Below, in pieces: positions 1-8,774 of a stretch of 24,000 bases of DNA (the first letter of the stretch is position 1; each line of letters begins with the position of its first letter). The DNA is taken from assembly GCF_900292035.1 (NCBI RefSeq), contig NZ_OMPO01000001.1, positions 355,192 to 379,191 of the forward strand, in the 5' to 3' direction. The position numbers and the translations under genes are program-made. The stretch comes from Blastococcus sp. Marseille-P5729 (GTDB lineage: Bacteria > Actinomycetota > Actinomycetes > Mycobacteriales > Antricoccaceae). Below the pieces are notes generated by a model, which saw nothing but the letters and a program-made list of their open reading frames with translations, did no database searches and was not told where the DNA came from.

Positions 1-2
1 CG

Positions 3-1040
3 CTGACCGAATGTCTGCTCGCGCAGCTTCAGACCCACTCACGCGCAGCGGAGTTGGACGACGCTCGCGCACTCACCACACGGGCACTCGCCGATACCGC
101 GGACATCCTGTACGACGAGGATCTGCAGCTGGCACTCTTCTGTCTCTACGAGCTCCACTACTCGGGTCTTGCCGGGGTCGATGACGACTGGGAGTGGAGC
201 CCACCCCTATTGGAGTTGCGCCACGAGATAGAGGTTGCCTTCGAGTCCCGCCTCAGAGTGGGTTCGGCCGAGCTCAGCCGGAGGGCCGCTGCCCCATCGA
301 CTGCCCACGAGGTTGCTGAGGTGCTGTTCGCGATGGCGGCCGGCGATGACTCCCCCTCCGTTGCGGATTTCATTGCGCGCAAGGCCGATACCGGGCAGCT
401 GCGCGAGCTCGTTGTTCACAAGTCGGTCTATCAGCTCAAGGAGGCCGATCCCCACACCTGGGCGATTCCACGGCTCACCCACCGGCCCAAGGCCGCGCTC
501 GTGGAGATCCAGGCAGACGAGTACGGCGGGGGTCAACTCGATCAGATGCACTCCGCGATGTTCGCCACGACCATGTCGGAACTCGGCCTCGATAACGACT
601 TCGGCGCGTACGTCGACTGGGTACCGGCGCTGTCTCTGGCGACCGTGAACCTGATGTCACTGTTCGGCCTACACCGCCGGCTCCGCGGAGCGATCGTCGG
701 ACACCTCGCCATCTACGAGATGGGCTCCTCGCTGCCGAGCCGCAAGTACGCGCGCGGCCTCCGGCGCCTCGGCTTCGATGCTCCCGCAGCCAGCTACTTC
801 GACGAGCACGTGGAAGCCGACGCCGTCCACGAGCAGATCGCCGGGCGCGATCTTGCGGGCGGGCTGGTCGAGCAGGATCCCTCCCTCATGCCGGACGTCG
901 TCTTCGGTGCAGCAAGCGCGCTCTTCGTGGGCGGCCTGCTCGATCAGTGGCAGCTGGCGGCCTGGAACAGCGGAAGCAGCTCGCTACGTCGTCCACTCCC
1001 CGCGCTCGAAGACGCGTCGCCGTCCCGCCACTCCGCCTAG
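3..1040 (+). CDS. iron-containing redox enzyme family protein (heme-oxygenase-like fold), 5' end likely outside the window
   Basis: Frame is open to the left window edge; the track ORF begins only at a TTG at 54. Sequence style (KADTGQLRELVVHKSVYQLKEADPHTWAIPRL, ALVEIQADEYGGG) matches iron-containing redox enzyme proteins, and it is followed by a CDGSH protein as is common in Actinobacteria. Confidence 0.8.
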   Translation: MTECLLAQLQTHSRAAELDDARALTTRALADTADILYDEDLQLALFCLYELHYSGLAGVDDDWEWSPPLLELRHEIEVAFESRLRVGSAELSRRAAAPSTAHEVAEVLFAMAAGDDSPSVADFIARKADTGQLRELVVHKSVYQLKEADPHTWAIPRLTHRPKAALVEIQADEYGGGQLDQMHSAMFATTMSELGLDNDFGAYVDWVPALSLATVNLMSLFGLHRRLRGAIVGHLAIYEMGSSLPSRKYARGLRRLGFDAPAASYFDEHVEADAVHEQIAGRDLAGGLVEQDPSLMPDVVFGAASALFVGGLLDQWQLAAWNSGSSSLRRPLPALEDASPSRHSA

Positions 1041-1057
1041 ATACTGGGGAATCACAC

Positions 1058-1282
1058 ATGAGCGACGCCAACCCCGCACAGATCATGGTCTGCCCGGACG
1101 GCCCGCTCCTGGTCCGGGGTGAAGTGGACCTCGTGGACGAGAACGGCGACCGGATCGAGACGCGACGACAGACCGTGGCGCTGTGCCGGTGCGGAGCATC
1201 GGGGATCAAACCCTTCTGTGACGGGACCCACAAGCGCATCCACTCGAACGCTGCTGCCAAGCGGAGGCGCCAGGTAACCTGA
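1058..1282 (+). CDS. CDGSH iron-sulfur domain protein
   Basis: ATG at 1058 gives a 74 aa protein MSDANPAQIMVCPDGPLLVRG...VALCRCGASGIKPFCDGTHKR. The C-x-C-...-C-D-G-T-H cluster-binding motif is present. Confidence 0.88.
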   Translation: MSDANPAQIMVCPDGPLLVRGEVDLVDENGDRIETRRQTVALCRCGASGIKPFCDGTHKRIHSNAAAKRRRQVT

Positions 1283-1366
1283 GCCCTTCGTCGGAGCGAC
1301 GACCTGGCAAGACTGAAGCGCTCCTCGAAGACTGACGAGGGCGGCGACGTCCCCGCGCCCCTAACC

Positions 1367-1522
1367 TCAATCGACGACGGCGGCGGTCGATCCGTCCTCG
1401 TTCAACGGGCACGCACCGGCCAGGAAGATCAGCCGGGCATCCTTGGGCGCCGTCGCCGCATACGCGTACTCGGCGGCATCAGAGAGCGTCGAGGCACGGA
1501 TCAACCGCACAGAGGTAACCAT
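1367..1522 (-). pseudogene. RidA-like N-terminal fragment (truncated)
   Basis: Manual translation of the minus strand: MVTSVRLIRASTLSDAAEYAYAATAPKDARLIFLAGACPLNEDGSTAAVVD*. It matches the start of RidA-like proteins but stops after 51 aa, without the rest of the domain. Confidence 0.5.
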
Positions 1523-1593
1523 GCCGGCCATTCTCGCGGAATCCCGCGTCCAGCGCTAAAGAGCTGGCTCGTCTGCCTACGGTTCGAGCGGAG

Positions 1594-2061
1594 TCAGCTG
1601 AGCGCTTCGTCGAGCAGTGTGAGTGCCGCCAGCGCGAACGCGCGCATGTTGGCCTCCCGGTCATCTGAACCCGTCTCGATGGTGCGCGACAGCTCCGCAG
1701 GTCCGACGAGGCTCACGCAGGTGTGGCCCGAGGCGTCGCCGTACCGATTGCCGCCCGGCCCGGCAGCGCCGGTCTCCGAGAGGCCCCACGTCGCGCCCAG
1801 CCGCTCCCGCATGCGATCGGCGAGAATGAACGCATAGGGCTCGCTCGAGGACCGGACGCCGGTCAGGTCGGACGACGTGAAGCCCAGCAGCTCGGCTCCT
1901 GCCACCTTCGTGTAGACCACTGCCCCACCTAGGAAGTAGGCCGATGCGCCCGGCTGGGCCAGCAGCGCCGCAGCGATGAGGCCGCCGGACGACGACTCTG
2001 CGACGGCTACCGTCTCGCGGCGCTCACGCAGTCGTTCTGCGACGCTCTTCGCGATCGTCAT
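1594..2061 (-). CDS. CinA C-terminal domain family protein (nicotinamide-nucleotide amidohydrolase-like)
   Basis: VAERLRERRETVAVAESSSGGLIAAALLA...YFLGGAVVYT...GLSETGAAGPGGNRYGDASGHTCVSLVGP is the CinA-C signature. Start is either ATG 2061 or ATG 2073. Confidence 0.88.
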   Translation of the reverse strand: MTIAKSVAERLRERRETVAVAESSSGGLIAAALLAQPGASAYFLGGAVVYTKVAGAELLGFTSSDLTGVRSSSEPYAFILADRMRERLGATWGLSETGAAGPGGNRYGDASGHTCVSLVGPAELSRTIETGSDDREANMRAFALAALTLLDEALS

Positions 2062-2222
2062 CAAGCCGTCCATGCGTTCTCCTCACCCATACCGGTCGCT
2101 CGCCTGCTCGACCGAGGATCATCCGTGGTCGTCACATCCAGACCCAGATAGTAGGCGTAGAGCTCCCTCGATGAGGCCAGATCACCGACCGGCAGATCGG
2201 CGATGATCTCTATTACGCGCAT
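2061..2222 (-). pseudogene. N-terminal remnant of a VOC/glyoxalase family protein
   Basis: MRVIEIIADLPVGDLASSRELYAYYLGLDVTTTDD... is the first beta-alpha unit of a VOC domain; the ORF then ends after 53 aa. Confidence 0.5.
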
Positions 2223-2273
2223 CGCACAGAGTCCCTTCGGGAGCGAACGCGACCCGGGTACCACACTGGTCCC

Positions 2274-2696
2274 ATGAGCCGATCACGTAAGGCCCGTCCC
2301 GCGGACGTCGATGAGATCTGCGCTTCGCTTCCGCAGACCTGGTTCGGGACGTCGTGGGGCGACGTCCCCACCTGGCTAGTCCGTCAGAAGGACGGCGATA
2401 CGAAAGGCCGCGGATTCGTGCTCTACCGCAAACCGCACAAGACTGCGATCGACCCGGTGAGCGGTACGCCGTACGACGATCTGCTGGTGATCCGGACGCC
2501 GTCGATGGCCGACAAGGCGGCCTTGGTCGCCCAGGGGCCGTACTTCGACATCGAGCACTTCGCCCGCAACAGCGCCGTCCTGGTGCAGCTGTCCCGGATC
2601 GCAGAGATCACCCGCGACGAGCTCGCCGAGGTCATCACCGACGCGTGGCGCACCTGCGCGCCGCGGCGGCTGCGTGACCAGCACCCGGACCTCTGA
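2274..2696 (+). CDS. MmcQ/YjbR family protein
   Basis: 140 aa; VDEICASLPQTWFGTSWGDVPTWLV...FVLYRKPHK...LLVIRTPSMADKAALVAQGPYFDIEHF matches MmcQ/YjbR-like proteins. Confidence 0.82.
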   Translation: MSRSRKARPADVDEICASLPQTWFGTSWGDVPTWLVRQKDGDTKGRGFVLYRKPHKTAIDPVSGTPYDDLLVIRTPSMADKAALVAQGPYFDIEHFARNSAVLVQLSRIAEITRDELAEVITDAWRTCAPRRLRDQHPDL

Positions 2697-2739
2697 GCCC
2701 CGCCGTACGTCCTCGGGATTCCGCCTGAGCCGCTGGTGC

Positions 2740-3453
2740 TTATGGCTGCTTGGCGAGCAGCTTGATGACCGCCTTGCCCACGTCCGCGGCGCTCGTGGGG
2801 TTCTGGCCGGTGACGAGCCGGTCATCCACCACGACCTTCGAGGCCATCGGCCGCAGCGCCTTGGTGTACTTCGCTCCCTGCTCCTTTAATTGCTCATCGA
2901 GGCGGAAGGGCACCGCCTTGTCGCGGCCGGCCAGCTTCTCCTCCGCCCAGCTGAAGCCGGTCACCTTGCGACCCCCTAGGAAAGGGCGCCCCTCAGCGTC
3001 AATCGCCGCCAACAGACCGGCGGGTCCGTGGCAGACCGCGGCCACGATGCCGCCGTCCCGATCGGTCGTCGAGATCCGCTCCGCGAGCGCCGCCGAGGTC
3101 GGGAAGTCGAACATGGTGCCGTGCCCGCCGGTGAGATAGACCGCGTCGAAATGCTGGCCCTCGAGCGACTCCACCGAAGGGGTGTCGTCGAGCAGGTCCA
3201 TGAACTCCCGGTCCTCATAGCGCTCGTCGGTCTTGCCCTGCTTCAGCACCAGCGGGCCGAGGCTCTCCGGGTCGATCGGCACCTGACCGCCGGCGATGCT
3301 CGCGATGACTACCTCGTGCCCCGCCGCGGTCACCAGGTCGTAGAAGTGCGTGAGCTCACCAAGCCACAAGCCCGTCCGATAACCCACCGTCTCGTACTCC
3401 GACGTGCTGGTGACCACGGCGAGAACGCGCTTGGGACTGGTTTTGTTGGCCAT
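2740..3453 (-). CDS. type 1 glutamine amidotransferase domain protein (DJ-1/PfpI, HchA-like)
   Basis: MANKTSPKRVLAVVTSTSEY...YLTGGHGTMFDFP...GGIVAAVCHGPAGLL shows the nucleophile-elbow AVCHGPAGLL and TGGHG motifs. Confidence 0.9.
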   Translation of the reverse strand: MANKTSPKRVLAVVTSTSEYETVGYRTGLWLGELTHFYDLVTAAGHEVVIASIAGGQVPIDPESLGPLVLKQGKTDERYEDREFMDLLDDTPSVESLEGQHFDAVYLTGGHGTMFDFPTSAALAERISTTDRDGGIVAAVCHGPAGLLAAIDAEGRPFLGGRKVTGFSWAEEKLAGRDKAVPFRLDEQLKEQGAKYTKALRPMASKVVVDDRLVTGQNPTSAADVGKAVIKLLAKQP

Positions 3454-3678
3454 CGGAACTCCGTAACCTAGGCGGTGATTGAGAACGCCGGTCGATGCTT
3501 GGCTGAGCGTCCTGGAAGAGTCCGTACCCAATCGGCGGGTTTCCACACCAGGTCCTGCGGTCATTATCGCCACTACCGCGACGGGCGCGATCCTGCTCGT
3601 GCCTGGGGTGCCGGGCCAATGGCTGCGTCACTGAGGTGATCGTGATGATCCTGTTCGCCGTCTACTGGGAGCCACGCG

Positions 3679-4473
3679 GTGATGGCGCAGCGCTTGGCTA
3701 CTAGCGCCTCCCCTCGCCTCTTCCGTGGCACTATGCCACCTACGCGGACGATCAGCGTCGTACGGAGAGGAACCATCATTGAGCCGGCGAGTACTCAAGC
3801 ACCGTCCAGCGTGGCAAGACCCCCGGTCTCGGCTGAGGCACCGATGGTGACTCTTCCCTCCGGTGCGTCTCTCACGGGAGATGTGGAACCAAGCACGCCC
3901 GCGGTCGCGGTGCTGATGCACGGGTCCACTCTCGGCTTCACCTCACTGCCGGCCTGGATGGCGCCAGCCCCGTTGCGTATGCAGCTGTTCGCCGCAGGCA
4001 TCGACCGTCGATCCGGCTCACGGATCGCCGTGCTGCGGCTCAGGTACCCCGACCGGGACCTCCGGTCACAGTTCCGTGGTGCGCTACGGGACACTGCCGC
4101 GGCCCTGGCACACATTCAACAGATCGCGCCCCGCGCACGAATCGGGCTGGTCGGGCACTCCAACGGAGGCAGAGTTGCCCTTCGGCTCAGCGCGGACGCA
4201 CGCATCCACGCTGTCGCGGCGCTCGCGCCGTGGCTGCTACCGTCCGACCGCATCAAGCCGCGGCGCGGTACTCCCCTCCTGCTCATGCATGGCAGCCTGG
4301 ACTTCGTCACCAGCCCCCGACTCACAGCCGAGCTCGCGGCGCGGCTACGGCACGGTGGAGCGGACGTCGACTATGAGTCGGTTTCGGGCGACAACCACTT
4401 CCTCCTCGCCCAGGCCGCGTACTGGCATTCCCGGGTGGCGGACTTCATGACTCGTCACCTCGTCGACGACTGA
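3679..4473 (+). CDS. alpha/beta hydrolase (start uncertain, possibly ATG 3844)
   Basis: AVLMHGST...RIGLVGHSNGGRVAL (G-H-S-N-G-G elbow)...LLLMHGSLDFVTSP...DNHFLLAQ supplies catalytic Asp/His candidates. The N-terminal 55 aa look low-complexity and may be non-coding. Confidence 0.75.
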   Translation: MMAQRLATSASPRLFRGTMPPTRTISVVRRGTIIEPASTQAPSSVARPPVSAEAPMVTLPSGASLTGDVEPSTPAVAVLMHGSTLGFTSLPAWMAPAPLRMQLFAAGIDRRSGSRIAVLRLRYPDRDLRSQFRGALRDTAAALAHIQQIAPRARIGLVGHSNGGRVALRLSADARIHAVAALAPWLLPSDRIKPRRGTPLLLMHGSLDFVTSPRLTAELAARLRHGGADVDYESVSGDNHFLLAQAAYWHSRVADFMTRHLVDD

Positions 4474-4523
4474 GGCTCTCCGACGCGCCCCCACCAGCGG
4501 CGATCTCACCGGCGGCCCCGTGC

Positions 4524-4895
4524 TCACAGCGCGAGCGACACCGATACCCAACGATGACGCCGGCAGTCCGGGCAGCGCATCAGCGAGGGGTAACGCCACT
4601 TCAGCAACGGCAGGTGCAGGCTCGGGACAGCGGCGCACATGATCCCGAGCAACCCCATCCTGGTCTGCGTACGGCACGACGAGCAGCTCAGTAAGAACCA
4701 TCCGTCGTCGCCGGTTCTCGGGCCGGACGGCGCTGCAACTCCATTCGCGTCATCGACCTGCAGAACGCCAGCAGGGGGACCGTCCGGCTCACTGGCGGCG
4801 GTCTCGGAGAACAGTGCCGCGCGAGCGTCGCGACGTCGCCGCTGCGCAGGCTGCGACGTTCCGCCGAGTCGGGTGAAGTCGGTGTGCCTGGTCAT
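4524..4895 (-). CDS. conserved actinobacterial hypothetical protein with paired Cys motifs, coupled to the ParA gene
   Basis: WFLLSCSSCRTQTRMG...KWRYPSLMRCPDCRRHRWVSVSL; two Cys-x2-Cys pairs suggest zinc binding. It overlaps the upstream ParA stop by 4 bp. Confidence 0.7.
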   Translation of the reverse strand: MTRHTDFTRLGGTSQPAQRRRRDARAALFSETAASEPDGPPAGVLQVDDANGVAAPSGPRTGDDGWFLLSCSSCRTQTRMGLLGIMCAAVPSLHLPLLKWRYPSLMRCPDCRRHRWVSVSLAL

Positions 4896-5695
4896 GTACC
4901 GACCTCCTGCATCGGCGCGCGGTCCGCGGCCAGTGCCCGCGCGTGGACGCGATAGGCATCAGCGCCGCGGGTGCGACTGGCGGTGCGCAGAATCGACCGA
5001 CCCGCGGCAGGCGCCTCGGCGAACCGGATCGACCGAGCGATGGGCGGATCGAGCACCTCCACCTCGTAGCGCATCGCGACGTCCGCCAGCACGTCCTTTG
5101 CGTGCGTCGTCCGTCCGTCATACATGGTCGGCAGTATGCCGCGGACCTTGAGCTTGCGGTTGGTCATCTTCCGGACGTCCTCGATGGTCTCCAGCAGCTG
5201 GCCCACTCCGCGGTGAGAGAGGGTCTCGCACTGCAGTGGTACGACGACCTCGCCGGCCGCGGTGAGCGCGTTGACGGTGAGGACACCGAGAGACGGCGGG
5301 CAGTCCAGCAGGATGAAGTCGTAGCTCTCCCCCGCCTCGGTGAGATCCTCGAGCGCCGTCCGTAGCGCGTACTCGCGGCCGGTCCTGGTCAGCAGCATCG
5401 CCTCGGCGGCCGCGAGATCGATGCTCGCCGGCAGCAGATCGGGGCCGTCCTCGGTCTGCAGGATCACCTCACGGGCATCCGCGCCCGCGGTGAGCACATC
5501 GTGCACCGAGCGCTCCAACGAATCGGGGTCGACTCCCAGGGAGAAGGTCATGCAGGCCTGGGCATCGAGATCCACCATCAGCACCCGATATCCGAGGTCA
5601 TGCAGGCCTACACCGAACGAGATGGTGGTCGTCGTCTTGGCCACACCGCCCTTCTGGTTGGCGATGGCGATGCAGGTGGGCTGGTCCGCGGCCAT
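4892..5695 (-). CDS. ParA family ATPase
   Basis: IAIANQKGGVAKTTTTISFGVGL (deviant Walker A KGGVAKTT), VLMVDLDAQACMTFSLG, YDFILLDCPPSLG, VVPLQCETLSHRGVGQL. Confidence 0.93.
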   Translation of the reverse strand: MAADQPTCIAIANQKGGVAKTTTTISFGVGLHDLGYRVLMVDLDAQACMTFSLGVDPDSLERSVHDVLTAGADAREVILQTEDGPDLLPASIDLAAAEAMLLTRTGREYALRTALEDLTEAGESYDFILLDCPPSLGVLTVNALTAAGEVVVPLQCETLSHRGVGQLLETIEDVRKMTNRKLKVRGILPTMYDGRTTHAKDVLADVAMRYEVEVLDPPIARSIRFAEAPAAGRSILRTASRTRGADAYRVHARALAADRAPMQEVGT

Positions 5696-5791
5696 GGTCC
5701 TCCTCGTGGGATGTCGAGACCGTGCCTCCATCGTCTCAGGCATACCGCGCAACGCGGCGGCGCCCCGCCGTCGTGCGACCGCGCGTCGCAG

Positions 5792-6937
5792 CTACTCCGC
5801 TCGCGCGACCAGCAGCGGGACGTGCTGCTCCGCGCTGGTCAACGACCCGTGCTGACCGATCAGCTGCGACAGCAACGGTTCTGCCGAGCTCCGCACCACG
5901 ACGGCCTCGCCTCGCATCGCCACGACGACATCCCCGATTCGCTGTTCGACACCGGGCGCGACCGGCCCGAACCAGCCCTCCGAGATCGCCTGATCCCGCG
6001 ACAGCACCCAGGCCGCCTCACCCAGGCGCTCCCGCCAGGTCGCCAGTACGTCGGTCTGCGCGCCGGGCTCGCAGTAGACATGCCTGGACCGGGGGTCCCC
6101 GGCCAGCGCCGTCACGCCCTCCTGCAGGCCGGCGTCGGCGTCCGCATCGAACGTCTCACCTCTGGTCACCATGCCGTGATCGCCGGTCACCAGCAGCATG
6201 CCGTCTCGGGGAAGGTCATCCGCGACGGATGCCGCGAGCCGGTCGACCTGACGCAGCTGCATCCGCCACGGCTCTGAGCCCGGCCCGTAGATGTGGCCCA
6301 GCAGGTCGAGGTCGGCGTGGTAGCCGTAGCAGAGCGATCGGCCCGGCCCGCCGACACTGTCGACCATCTGGGCCGTGAGGTCGCCCATGGCCCAGGTTCC
6401 CCTGAAGTTGCCGCCGCGCAGTACGGCCCGGGTCAGGCCGGACCCCGCGAACTCCTGCTTCGAGATGGTCGTGGTGTGGATCCCGGCGGCCGCGGCGCGC
6501 TCGAGCGCGGTCGGCGCAGGCTGCACCTCCTCAGGCGGCAGCGACTCTCGCAGATCGACGTGCGGCCCGCTGCCGTGCGCCCGCCACTGCAGGCTGTCGA
6601 GCACGGCCCCGCCGGGCATCCGGAACGAGATGCCGAGGATCCCATGGACGCCCGGTGGAAGTCCCGTTCCCAGTGAGGCCAGACTGATCGAGGTGCTCGA
6701 CGGGAACCCCACGGTCAGCGGCCCGGCTTCCTCGAGCGAGGCGAGGAACGGGGCGTCTGCCGCGTGAGCGCGAAGCAGCTCGGCACCGAGTCCATCGACC
6801 AGCAGGACGGCGGCCGCCCGCGCCTCGGGCAGCCGCAGGCTCGTCGGCCGCTCACCAGGACAACCGAGGGAGCGCAGAACCGCAGGGAGGACGTCGGCGA
6901 GAGAGCGTTCGCCGTACGCCGGGGTCACGATCGTCAT
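5792..6937 (-). CDS. alkaline phosphatase family / nucleotide pyrophosphatase-like protein
   Basis: AAAVLLVDGLGAELL...FPSSTSISLASLGTGLPPGVHGILG...LVTGDHGMV has metal-site and nucleophile-type motifs of the superfamily. Confidence 0.88.
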   Translation of the reverse strand: MTIVTPAYGERSLADVLPAVLRSLGCPGERPTSLRLPEARAAAVLLVDGLGAELLRAHAADAPFLASLEEAGPLTVGFPSSTSISLASLGTGLPPGVHGILGISFRMPGGAVLDSLQWRAHGSGPHVDLRESLPPEEVQPAPTALERAAAAGIHTTTISKQEFAGSGLTRAVLRGGNFRGTWAMGDLTAQMVDSVGGPGRSLCYGYHADLDLLGHIYGPGSEPWRMQLRQVDRLAASVADDLPRDGMLLVTGDHGMVTRGETFDADADAGLQEGVTALAGDPRSRHVYCEPGAQTDVLATWRERLGEAAWVLSRDQAISEGWFGPVAPGVEQRIGDVVVAMRGEAVVVRSSAEPLLSQLIGQHGSLTSAEQHVPLLVARAE

Positions 6938-7135
6938 GCCCCCAGCCTGTCATGACGAGGGCGTGGGCAGGCCGGGCCGGAGCGCATCGAGTCGTTAGCG
7001 GTGGTCAGGCCCATGGAATCCGTCAGCAGTTCACGATGACCTATCGCGCATCGGCCACCTGTGCACCCCGCAGATTTCGCGGGGATTTCGCCGACCCACC
7101 CACCTTGATCGCCGACATGCTGGCAGGCTGGAGGC

Positions 7136-8740
7136 ATGAAGAAGCGCACGTTCGCCGCCCTCGCCCCTGTCGTTGGTGTCGCCGGCCTGGCGATCCAGGA
7201 TTTGCTGCAGAAGGAGCAGACGCTTCGCCGCAACTACCCCGTTCTTGCCCGGGCGCGCTACATGCTCGAGTCCATCGGCCCGGAGCTGCGCCAGTACATT
7301 GTCACGGGCAACGACGAGGAGCGGCCGTTCACCCGCGACCAGCGCCGCTGGGTGTACACGTCGGCGAAGAAGGAGAACAACTACTTCGGCTTCGGTACCG
7401 ACAACGACACCGAGCGGTCGAACTATCCGATCATCAAGCAGCGCACCTTCTCCGACGTCGCACCGAGCTCGCCCCTGCACGGCGCCGACGACATCCTGCT
7501 GCCGAGCGCCAAGGTCCTCGGTGGGCCACGTGGCCGGCGCGCGGCCTTCCGTCCGCGTTCGGTCGTCAACGTCTCGGCGATGTCCTTCGGGTCACTGAGC
7601 CCACAGGCGATCCAGGCCCTCAACAAGGGCGCGAAGCTAGGTGGATTCCTGCACAACACCGGTGAGGGCGGACTGTCCGATCACCACCGGCAGGGCGGCG
7701 ATCTCATCCTCCAGATCGGAACCGGCTACTTCGGCTGCCGGGACGCCGACGGCCGTTTCGATCTCGACCGGTTGATGAAGGTCGTCGAGTCCGCGCCGGT
7801 GAAGGCGATCGAGATCAAGCTCAGCCAGGGCGCCAAGCCCGGCCTCGGAGGCCATCTGCCCGGCGCGAAGGTCAACGCGGAGATCGCGCGGATCCGCGGC
7901 GTCGAGGAAGGGAAGGACGTCATCAGCCCGTCCCGGCATTCCGCCTTCCGCAACACCGATGAGATGCTCGACTTCGTCGAGCGGATCGCCGACGCCACTG
8001 GGATCCCAGTCGGCGTGAAGTCGGCCGTCGGCCACCTCGGCTTCTGGGAGGAGCTCGCCGACCTGATGACCGACGGCCAGCGAGGGGTCGACTTCATCAC
8101 GATCGACGGAGGCGAGGGCGGCACGGGCGCGGCGCCGATGGTGTTCGCCGACAACGTGTCCTTCCCGTTCCGCGTCGGCTTTGCCGAGGTCTACAAGTCT
8201 TTCGCGGCGGCGGGGATCACCGATCGGGTGACCTGGATCGGCTCGGGCAAGCTCGGCTTTCCCGACACGGCAGTGATCGCGTTCGCGCTGGGCGCCGACA
8301 TGGTGAACGTCGCGCGCGAGGCGATGCTCGCGGTCGGGTGCATCCAGGCGCAGAAGTGCCACACCGACCACTGCCCGACCGGCGTCGCGACCCAGAACGC
8401 GTGGCTCGCGCGCGGTCTGGATCCGCAGAACAAGGCGCACCGCCTGGCAAACTACGTCTCCACGCTCAGGCGCGATCTGCTGAAGGTGTCCGAAGCGGCC
8501 GGCGTCGCACATCCGGTGCTCATCACGACGGACGACGTGGCGATGCTCGACGGCGATCGGAAGCAGACAACCATTCGCGAGGTCTACGGCTACGAGCCAG
8601 GCTGGGGGCTGCCGACGCCCGAGATCGCCGCTGAGATCAGCGAGATCATGGCCACCCAGAACACCGGGCCGGTGGACCGGGTCGAGGAAACGCCGCCGCT
8701 GCCGACCGCCGACTCCGCGCAGACCGAGACCGGAGAGTAG
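7136..8740 (+). CDS. FMN-binding glutamate synthase family protein
   Basis: VSAMSFGSLSPQAIQALNKGAKLGGFLHNTGEGGLSDHH...EIKLSQGAKPGLGGHLPGAKV...FITIDGGEGGTGAAPMVFADNV...QKCHTDHCPTGVATQN is characteristic of the GltS-like FMN-binding domain. Confidence 0.95.
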   Translation: MKKRTFAALAPVVGVAGLAIQDLLQKEQTLRRNYPVLARARYMLESIGPELRQYIVTGNDEERPFTRDQRRWVYTSAKKENNYFGFGTDNDTERSNYPIIKQRTFSDVAPSSPLHGADDILLPSAKVLGGPRGRRAAFRPRSVVNVSAMSFGSLSPQAIQALNKGAKLGGFLHNTGEGGLSDHHRQGGDLILQIGTGYFGCRDADGRFDLDRLMKVVESAPVKAIEIKLSQGAKPGLGGHLPGAKVNAEIARIRGVEEGKDVISPSRHSAFRNTDEMLDFVERIADATGIPVGVKSAVGHLGFWEELADLMTDGQRGVDFITIDGGEGGTGAAPMVFADNVSFPFRVGFAEVYKSFAAAGITDRVTWIGSGKLGFPDTAVIAFALGADMVNVAREAMLAVGCIQAQKCHTDHCPTGVATQNAWLARGLDPQNKAHRLANYVSTLRRDLLKVSEAAGVAHPVLITTDDVAMLDGDRKQTTIREVYGYEPGWGLPTPEIAAEISEIMATQNTGPVDRVEETPPLPTADSAQTETGE

Positions 8741-8774
8741 TCCCCGGGGCCCCGACCTTCGGTCGCGGCAGGAG

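Noticed and set aside
5501-6378. Overlapping plus-strand ORFs of 218 and 258 aa
   Set aside because: Antisense to the ParA and alkaline phosphatase family genes; no motifs.
8753-8765. CGACC-TTC-GGTCG hairpin as a terminator between convergent genes
   Set aside because: Only a 5-bp stem and no U-tract; too weak to call.
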